Assembly: GCA_964640555.1 (NCBI GenBank)
Contig: CAZXHI010000041.1
Coordinates: forward strand, 1 to 46,023
DNA: 46,023 nucleotides
Source: an uncultured Thermoplasmatales archaeon
Lineage (GTDB): Archaea; Thermoplasmatota; E2; DHVEG-1
Direction: 5' to 3'
Under the pieces are notes generated by a model. The model was given only the letters and a program-made list of their open reading frames with translations. It had not been told where the DNA came from and searched no databases. A program made the translations under genes and the position numbers. Of the stretch, positions 40,273-46,023 are shown one piece after another. Position 1 is the first letter of the stretch. Each line of letters opens with the position of its first letter.

Positions 40273-41418
40273 ATGAACATCATTGTTATTGGCTCTGGAC
40301 TGATGGGTAGAGCAATTGCACATGATCTATGCAAACATTCAAATTTTGATAATATAACTATTGCAGATAAAGACGATGAAACGTTGCAATCTGCCGAAAG
40401 TTTTCTCGAAGGAAATAACATAGATTTTGTAGGTCTCAATGTCGAAGATACAAATGAAGTAAAGAAACATTTTCAAAATATTGATATTGCAATCTCTGCA
40501 ATTCCCTACAGATTTAATTATGATCTGGCGAGGATTGCGATAGAAACCAAGACGCATTTTCTTGATCTTGGTGGAAATAACCAAGTTGTTGAGAGTGAAC
40601 GAGGTCTCTTTGAGAAGGCCAAAAAAAATGATGTCACAATTATTCCTGATTGTGGACTTGCACCAGGATTAGTATCCATTATTACACGTGATATAGTTGA
40701 TGAAATGGATTCTGTTGATTATGTAAAATTGAGAGTGGGTGGTTTACCGATGGATCCAAAACCGCCACTCAACTATCAGATTGTATTCTCACCAAATGGG
40801 CTTATCAATGAATATGTTGAAGATGCTATGGTCCTTGATCATGGTGAAATCATCAAAAAAAAATCTATGACTGATATTGAAACGGTTTCTTTTCCAAAAC
40901 CATTTGGAAATATGGAAGCATTTATCACTTCAGGTGGTTGCTCTACACTTCCTTACACATATAGGAAATGTATAGGTTATCTTGATTATAAGACCATTAG
41001 ATATCCAGGTCATTGTGAAAAATTTAAACCTCTTTTAGACATGGGGCTTGCGGGAGAGAATCCAGTTGATATTAGAAATCAAAAGGTTATACCTAGGGAT
41101 TTGCTAATTGCCCTTCTTTTGAAAAATGTTCCCACTACAGGAAAAGATGTGGTATTACTCAAGGTTTTAAGTGAAGGAATGAAAAATGACAAAAAACATT
41201 CTTTAGAATATACCATGATTGAATATTATGATGACAAAAATGACATCTCTGCTATGATGCGCACAACAGGTTATCCTGTTTCAATTACTGCCCAGATGAT
41301 AGAGGATGGTACAATAAACAGAAGAGGTGTTTTTTGCCCTGAGGAGGTTGTTCCTTGTAAGGTCTTCTTTGAAGAACTTAAGAAACGTGACATTCAAATT
41401 AAAAAAGAGCGAAAATGA
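40273..41418 (+). CDS. Saccharopine dehydrogenase-like NAD(P) oxidoreductase
   Basis: MNIIVIGSGLMGRAIAHDL Rossmann motif, then ...DLGGN...CGLAPG... . ATG 40273 preferred over the TTG at 40225. Confidence 0.7.
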   Translation: MNIIVIGSGLMGRAIAHDLCKHSNFDNITIADKDDETLQSAESFLEGNNIDFVGLNVEDTNEVKKHFQNIDIAISAIPYRFNYDLARIAIETKTHFLDLGGNNQVVESERGLFEKAKKNDVTIIPDCGLAPGLVSIITRDIVDEMDSVDYVKLRVGGLPMDPKPPLNYQIVFSPNGLINEYVEDAMVLDHGEIIKKKSMTDIETVSFPKPFGNMEAFITSGGCSTLPYTYRKCIGYLDYKTIRYPGHCEKFKPLLDMGLAGENPVDIRNQKVIPRDLLIALLLKNVPTTGKDVVLLKVLSEGMKNDKKHSLEYTMIEYYDDKNDISAMMRTTGYPVSITAQMIEDGTINRRGVFCPEEVVPCKVFFEELKKRDIQIKKERK

Positions 41419-41439
41419 GCAAAATATGGTAAGAGTAGC

Positions 41440-42048
41440 ATGTCCAAGGAAAAAGAATTTTTAGATGCGAAAGAAAGAGCGCTTAATTCATTGGAAAAAG
41501 CTAAAAGTGAAAATAAGGTAGATGAGGGGATTAAAGCAATACTGGATATAATAAATGAGTCTGGTGACTATTACACTTCTAGTAGCTGTGCCGGAAGGAT
41601 TGTTCTAATTGAATTACCTCATCTCGGTGATAAAAAAGGAGCAGAATTTTTAGGGAAATGGCATAGGAAGATAGAATCTGGCGAAATAGGTGGAGCGGCA
41701 AAAAAGGCAAAGACTGGTATGCTTTGGTTACTTGCGCAATCGCCCATACTGCACATAGGTGCAAATACACATGACGCATCAGATAATTTGTTAAAAACTG
41801 CGATTTCTTGCGGGTTTAAAAACTCTGGAGCGAAATCTACTGGTCGTAAAATTATTGTTGAAATTTGTAGCACGGAACGTCTTGATTCACCCATTGGAAA
41901 GGATGGCAAATTGTTTTGCAATGAAGAGTATCTTAATCTTCTGGTAAATATTGCAAACGAGATCATGGATCGATCAAGTCTTAAATTACATAGACTTGAG
42001 GAGAAACTAGAGAAATACTTAAGTACCCGCAAAACAACCCAACAATAA
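41440..42048 (+). CDS. taw3: tRNA wyosine-derivative methyltransferase Taw3 (TYW3 family)
   Basis: 202 aa. DEGIKAILDIIN....YYTSSSCAGRI is the TYW3 signature. Confidence 0.8.
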   Translation: MSKEKEFLDAKERALNSLEKAKSENKVDEGIKAILDIINESGDYYTSSSCAGRIVLIELPHLGDKKGAEFLGKWHRKIESGEIGGAAKKAKTGMLWLLAQSPILHIGANTHDASDNLLKTAISCGFKNSGAKSTGRKIIVEICSTERLDSPIGKDGKLFCNEEYLNLLVNIANEIMDRSSLKLHRLEEKLEKYLSTRKTTQQ

Positions 42049-42055
42049 GGGTAAA

Positions 42056-42352
42056 ATGGCTGATAAAAAAACACTTGCCAAGGTATTTACATTTTCTCTT
42101 TTGCTTGCAGTGTTATCCATGTCTTGGTTTGTTTTCAATATGCTAGTTGATATTTATATGGTTTTTAGGAAAACCTCCTGTCAATTTGCTCTGGTACTGG
42201 CGTTTTTAAGTTTTTTTATAAGCATTGTTTTTCTTCGCAAACTTTTGGTAAGTATACGACGAGACATAAATAGGAAAAACGAAAAAGAAAAGAATATCCG
42301 AGATTTTCACCAGTATAAGATGCTTCTTGATCCACCTACTATGAATAATTAG
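42056..42352 (+). CDS. Small two-TM membrane protein, unknown function
   Basis: 98 aa. Hydrophobic spans FTFSLLLAVLSMSWFVFNMLV and FALVLAFLSFFISIVFL, with a basic tail. Confidence 0.45.
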   Translation: MADKKTLAKVFTFSLLLAVLSMSWFVFNMLVDIYMVFRKTSCQFALVLAFLSFFISIVFLRKLLVSIRRDINRKNEKEKNIRDFHQYKMLLDPPTMNN

Positions 42353-42699
42353 TTACAGTAAGTGCGAGTCATCCATGCGTTTTTCGGTATTTTTTGATAT
42401 ATTTGGTATTCTTCTTCTTTATATTTTTCATATGCTACTTCTTTTATTGTGTCGTTATTGAAAGACCAATAATATTTACGGACATATTTTCCCTGCTCTT
42501 TATACTCATCTCTTCGGAGTTTGAGTAGTCGTTCTCTTTGCAATTCGTAAAACAGAGATCTTGCATACTTATCGATTGTCATATCCTCGATTTCTTCTTC
42601 ACCATTAAAAATACCTTCAACAGTTTTGGCAAGCTCGATTGCGTCTTCCTTTGCCATATTAAATTTGTTTTTTAATGCCTTTACAAATAATCTCTTCAT
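42349..42699 (-). CDS. Hypothetical charged helical protein
   Basis: 116-aa ORF rich in K/E/Y. No motif recognised. Tail-to-tail 4-nt overlap with the preceding gene. The start may be the internal MAKEDAIE. Confidence 0.4.
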   Translation of the reverse strand: MKRLFVKALKNKFNMAKEDAIELAKTVEGIFNGEEEIEDMTIDKYARSLFYELQRERLLKLRRDEYKEQGKYVRKYYWSFNNDTIKEVAYEKYKEEEYQIYQKIPKNAWMTRTYCN

Positions 42700-42834
42700 G
42701 CCTTTTTCCTCACGACATCTTTTTTGTTGTTTTAGTTATAAAGGACTTGTTGTACAACTGTTATCAAAAAATTTCCCTCCGAATCCTTTAAATCCCTTTT
42801 GCATATTCACTGCTTCAACAGAAAGGTGATTATT

Positions 42835-43920
42835 ATGATAAAACGTGTTTACAATTTTTATGCAGGTCCAGCAACGTTGCCACTCCCAGTTCTGGAGAAG
42901 GCACAGAAAGATCTTTTGAATTTTGATGGCACGGGAATGTCTCTTATGGAGATTTCTCATAGGTCCAAGGAATATGCAAAAATGCACACGGGAGCCTCGA
43001 GCTTGGTTAGGGAACTCATGGGCATTCCTGATAACTACAAAATCATGTGGCTGCAGGGTGGTGCGTCATCTCAATTCTATATGGTTCCATTGAATCTCCA
43101 GGTGGGGAAAAAACCAATGGAGTATGTGAACACCGGTGTTTGGTCAAAGAAAGCCATCAAGGAAGGGAAGTTCTATGGTGACGTGAAGGTGGTTGCCAGT
43201 TCCGAGGATGAAACATTTTCCTATATTCCAAAGAACATAGAGTTTAGTGGCAATACGGCATTTGCCCATATTACGGGGAATAACACCATATACGGAACTG
43301 AATATCCTGAATGGCCAAAAGTGCCAAGTGGTGTTCCTCTGGTCTGTGATATGTCTTCCCATATAATGGATAAGGTCATTGATTCGAAGAAGTTTGGTGT
43401 CATTTATGCCGGTGCCCAAAAGAACATGGGGCCTGCAGGAGTTACTTTAGTAATAGTACGTGATGATCTTATGGAAAGGGTGCCTGAGAACACGCCAACC
43501 ATGCAGAAATGGAAGACTCATGCAGAAAAGGATTCTCTATTCAATACAGGTCCGTGTTGGGCAATTTATATGTGTAAGCTATCTCTTGAACATTTGAAGG
43601 GTCTTGGTGGCGTTTCTGCTATGGAGAAAATAAACAGAAAAAAGGCCAAAATACTCTATGATGTAATAGATAATTCTAATGGTTTTTACAAAGGGCATGC
43701 TAGGAAAGACTCTAGATCGCTGATGAATGTGACATTCAATCTGCCAACCCCTGAGCTGGAAACAAAGTGTGTTGCAGAGGGATTGGCAAGAAATCTCGTA
43801 GGTCTTAAAGGTCATAGGTCTATAGGTGGTATGAGGGCTTCTATCTACAACGCCATGCCTGTAGAGGGCGTACAGGCACTTGTCGAATTCATGAAGGAAT
43901 TCCAAGAGAATAATCAGTGA
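42835..43920 (+). CDS. serC: Phosphoserine aminotransferase
   Basis: YNFYAGPATLP, SHRSKE and GAQKNMGPAG (PLP lysine). ATG 42835 with AGGTGAT upstream. Confidence 0.9.
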   Translation: MIKRVYNFYAGPATLPLPVLEKAQKDLLNFDGTGMSLMEISHRSKEYAKMHTGASSLVRELMGIPDNYKIMWLQGGASSQFYMVPLNLQVGKKPMEYVNTGVWSKKAIKEGKFYGDVKVVASSEDETFSYIPKNIEFSGNTAFAHITGNNTIYGTEYPEWPKVPSGVPLVCDMSSHIMDKVIDSKKFGVIYAGAQKNMGPAGVTLVIVRDDLMERVPENTPTMQKWKTHAEKDSLFNTGPCWAIYMCKLSLEHLKGLGGVSAMEKINRKKAKILYDVIDNSNGFYKGHARKDSRSLMNVTFNLPTPELETKCVAEGLARNLVGLKGHRSIGGMRASIYNAMPVEGVQALVEFMKEFQENNQ

Positions 43921-44104
43921 GAAAACCAATGGATTTAAACTAGATTTCAATAAGATACACTTGACCCTTGCAAAAAAGAGTGAGTTTTATTACCTCTTCC
44001 AATTTTTTGTTTTTCAAAGTGAAACTCTTCTTTTAAATTTAAAATAGATTTCCATTAAAACATTCAGTTTCACATATTGGCGTTTTAGCAAGTTAGCTTT
44101 ATAT

Positions 44105-44116
44105 ATCATTAATGAT
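44105..44116. promoter_or_regulatory. Perfect 12-bp palindrome ATCATTAATGAT abutting a TATA-like box
   Basis: CTTTATATAT (about 44095-44104) is followed directly by the palindrome, about 50 nt upstream of the receiver-domain gene. Confidence 0.25.
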
Positions 44117-44167
44117 AAATAGTGACATGGTACAATATGTCTCTATGAGATTTGAGGTGTGAAACAA

Positions 44168-44557
44168 ATGGATAAAAAGGTAATGATTGTTGATGACGAA
44201 CAAGACATATTATTCTCTTTAAGAACTCTATTTGAACGTCAAGGTTATGAAGTAATCACAGTAGATAGCGGAGCCAAATGTGTTAATGAATTGGAAAAAG
44301 GCTTCAGCGGAGTAGTGCTTATGGATATCATGATGCCAAAAATGGATGGATGGGATACAATAAAGAAGATTGTTAACAGAGGATTAACAAGAAATATAGA
44401 AATTGAAATCATTACTGGAAAAGGAACAAGAAATCATAAAAAAATGATTGGATTAGGGTCATATATACATGATTACTTATCTAAGCCTCTCGATCCGGAA
44501 AAATTAATATCAAGTGTAAATAAATGTCTTATTTGCTTATCTAAAAGGGTCGATTAA
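44168..44557 (+). CDS. Stand-alone CheY-like response-regulator receiver domain
   Basis: VMIVDDEQDI, phospho-acceptor context VLMDIMMPKMDG, and KP at the beta5 position. GAGGTG at 44154-44159. Confidence 0.8.
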   Translation: MDKKVMIVDDEQDILFSLRTLFERQGYEVITVDSGAKCVNELEKGFSGVVLMDIMMPKMDGWDTIKKIVNRGLTRNIEIEIITGKGTRNHKKMIGLGSYIHDYLSKPLDPEKLISSVNKCLICLSKRVD

Positions 44558-44795
44558 ACCTGATAGATATATTTGTATATATTTTTACATGTTTCTTTGT
44601 ATATTTTATTCTCGCATATTAAGTTATAAAAGCATATAAAAAGATATATTAAAATATATGTAATGTTAATAACCACAATCTTATGAGCTTCTGAAAACCA
44701 AACAACTGAGTTGAATAGTTTCATTGACCCATATTTTACATATATAAATCAAAATCAACATCTATGGAATTAACAGGACGATAAATGAGGGGGAC

Positions 44796-44822
44796 ATGCC
44801 AGCCCGTAGGGGATGCTGGCAT
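44796..44822. other. GC-rich 8-bp perfect hairpin in an otherwise very AT-rich 279-bp convergent spacer
   Basis: ATGCCAGC (44796-44803) pairs with GCTGGCAT (44815-44822), with an 11-nt loop. It lies 15 nt past the rnhB stop. Confidence 0.4.
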
Positions 44823-44836
44823 ATCTGCCACATAAA

Positions 44837-45549
44837 TTAAAATTCGTCTAATTTTTTGATTTTGCTTTCCTTCAATAAATTTTGTGCTGTTTTCCAAGAA
44901 TGTCTAGTATGAGGTGGTAGCTTTCCAAACGTTTTTACCCATTTTCTGAGAAACTTCTGCGTAACAGGATCTGCAGGATAGCCGCTACCAAGGGGTATAT
45001 CCAGCTTCTTTTCCAATTCCTGTGCTATCATCTGAACTTCTTCGTCTCTACTAGTTTTCGCTAAAATAGAAGCAGCTCCAACTATGGGATAGATATCATC
45101 TGCCTTGTGCTTAGATATGATATCTGGTTTGAATGAGAGTCTAGATAGAATATTCTTACCAAATCGTTCATTATTTACATCAGCAGCATCGACGTAGCAA
45201 ATATCTGGTTTTAGTTTTTCTATAATCCTGTTAAAAGCATTCACTTCTATTTCATTTAGTGTCATAACTTTCCGCATATGGTCAATATCTGATGCAGAAA
45301 TGAGACTTATCTCATAGTTTACTGCAGATTCTTTTATTTTTTTAGATAGTATTTCTCTTCTTTTAGGTGTAATTTTTTTTGAATCGCGCACATTGTTTTC
45401 TATTAATTCCAAATCATTTTCAAAGGTAACTCCAGCGATTACAAGTGGGCCGATGACTGGTCCTTTAGGCAAACAGAACCATAAAAAATATAATTTTCAT
45501 GTTCCTATTTTCTACCCGCCTCATCGACCCCACAGATTGACCTTTTCAC
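44837..45549 (-). CDS. rnhB: RNase HII, interrupted: exon 1 at 45549-45512, 47-nt insert at 45511-45465, exon 2 at 45464-44837
   Basis: Exon 2 carries GPVIGPLVIAGV, VRDSKKITPKRRE, YVDAADV, KHKADDIYPIVGAASILAK and GSGYPADP. The obligatory GVDEAGR segment lies upstream in another frame: GTG 45549 K R S I C G V D E A G R K TAG. It is preceded by GAGGTGAT (45563-45556). Joining 45512 to 45464 gives 666 nt, i.e. 221 codons plus the stop. Confidence 0.8.
45465..45511 (-). other. 47-nt intervening sequence in rnhB; candidate bulge-helix-bulge (BHB) intron
   Basis: It contains an in-frame TAG and shifts the frame. The flanking RNA can be drawn with two 3-nt bulges (AGA at 45513-45511, AAA at 45466-45464) separated by a 4-bp helix, plus long outer and inner helices (see findings). 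Confidence 0.6.
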
Positions 45550-45800
45550 AATACAATCACCTCTTTTGTAGTGGTAATAATTTTCCATAAACCATTTGAA
45601 TTTTTAGATGCCAGACATAATTTTTCTAATTCTCTAAGTCTGTTATATGCTGATTTCCAACATACGCCAATTTCTCTCGCAAGATCTCCTGTAGTTTTTC
45701 CTTCCTTTTTCAAAGATTTTAAATATTTATTTTTAATAGAAGAAATTATTATTTTATTTTGGTCTGTTTTAATCCAGTATGACTTACTTCTAAATTTCAT
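45546..45800 (-). CDS. Small winged-helix/HTH DNA-binding protein
   Basis: 84 aa. TTGDLAREIGVCWKSAYNRLRELEK is HTH-like. Its TGA stop overlaps the GTG start of rnhB exon 1 (GTGA). Confidence 0.55.
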   Translation of the reverse strand: MKFRSKSYWIKTDQNKIIISSIKNKYLKSLKKEGKTTGDLAREIGVCWKSAYNRLRELEKLCLASKNSNGLWKIITTTKEVIVL

Positions 45801-45906
45801 AATATCTCTACTTTAGTAAATATTTCATTCCCTTAAAGCATTTTAATAAAGTATGTCAAGATGGTAAAAAGATGTTACGGAAAAAACTGAAAAAATAGAT
45901 AGGCAA

Positions 45907-45915
45907 TTTTTTATT
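45907..45915 (+). promoter_or_regulatory. TATA-like box upstream of tRNA-Thr
   Basis: TTTTTTATT is centred about 30 nt upstream of the mature tRNA 5' end. Confidence 0.3.
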
Positions 45916-45941
45916 GATGAACCATATTCCGCTCTTAAAAT

Positions 45942-46014
45942 GCCGCCGTAGCTTAGCTGGTGGAGCGGCTGATTCGTAATCAGCAGGTCAGGGGTTCAAC
46001 TCCCTTCGGCGGCT
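45942..46014 (+). tRNA. tRNA-Thr (anticodon CGU), no intron, CCA not encoded
   Basis: Hand-folded cloverleaf. Acceptor GCCGCCG/CGGCGGC, D stem GCTT/GAGC, anticodon stem GCTGA/TCAGC with loop TTCGTAA, variable loop AGGTC, T stem AGGGG/CCCTT with loop TTCAACT, discriminator T. 73 nt. Confidence 0.9.
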
Positions 46015-46023
46015 TGCAGAAGG

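Noticed and set aside
44558-44836. AT-rich spacer as a replication origin.
   Set aside because: I could find no repeated ORB-like boxes flanking the AT tract, and there is no cdc6/orc1 gene adjacent. AT-richness alone is insufficient in an AT-rich genome.
45464-45510. T4 gene-60-style translational bypassing of the rnhB gap. The take-off codon AAA (45510-45508) is followed immediately by UAG, and a matching landing codon AAA (45466-45464) is followed by GGA CCA.
   Set aside because: It is formally frame-consistent (44-nt gap). However, it would insert an extra Lys into the invariant DEAGRG loop (DEAGRKGPV). It also does not explain the exact 3-nt/4-bp/3-nt bulge-helix-bulge geometry or the 10-bp exon-exon helix. 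Kept as the second-best hypothesis. Mass spectrometry of the N-terminal peptide would distinguish the two.
44837-45549. rnhB as a plain pseudogene or an assembly artefact.
   Set aside because: It cannot be excluded without reads. Against it: the rest of the gene is fully intact with all motifs, the start is well formed (Shine-Dalgarno sequence, GTGA coupling), and the insert is exactly the length and structure needed for precise removal. That pattern is not expected from random damage.

Overview
AT-rich, gene-dense chromosomal segment of about 45 genes. Spacers are short, GGAGGTGA-type Shine-Dalgarno sequences are frequent, and several gene pairs overlap by 1-4 nt. It is almost certainly archaeal: it carries archaeal DnaG primase, Taw3, Thi4, archaeal-type RNase HII, HdrCBA and a tRNA-Thr with no encoded CCA. 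I cannot assign a lineage from the sequence alone.

The content is mostly central metabolism and housekeeping:
- a Pat-like ACD-GNAT fusion with an HDAC-type deacetylase
- hdrCBA
- a B12-radical-SAM gene coupled to a membrane protein
- a usp / Zn-ribbon / LEA cassette
- a tight acn-aclB-aclA-icd (reductive TCA type) operon, followed by AMP-forming Acs and two-subunit class I fumarase
- gcvH, nadE, a histidine-ammonia-lyase homologue, purC, metG, dnaG, thi4 and a paaK-like ligase with a permease
- a sodium:solute symporter with a mini accessory ORF
- a saccharopine-dehydrogenase-like enzyme, taw3, serC, an orphan receiver domain, rnhB and tRNA-Thr(CGU)

I saw no transposase, integrase, CRISPR array or recognisable defence genes.

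The most unusual observation is in the RNase HII gene. A 47-nt stop-containing insert sits exactly inside the catalytic DEAGRG motif. The flanking RNA can be drawn as a textbook archaeal bulge-helix-bulge splicing substrate, and its canonical cleavage positions restore both the frame and the motif. This makes it a candidate endonuclease-spliced intron in a protein-coding gene.

Secondary points of interest:
- a Pat/AcuC-type acetylation module with its probable Acs target lysine
- a bacterial-looking ACL plus monomeric-IDH cluster
- an Hdr complex with no visible electron-input partner
- an Ala-Cys-Gly variant of the MIO triad in the HAL homologue
- a Q/N-rich repeat tail

All calls come from reading translated motifs by eye. 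Start codons are approximate, and no database search or folding calculation was run.
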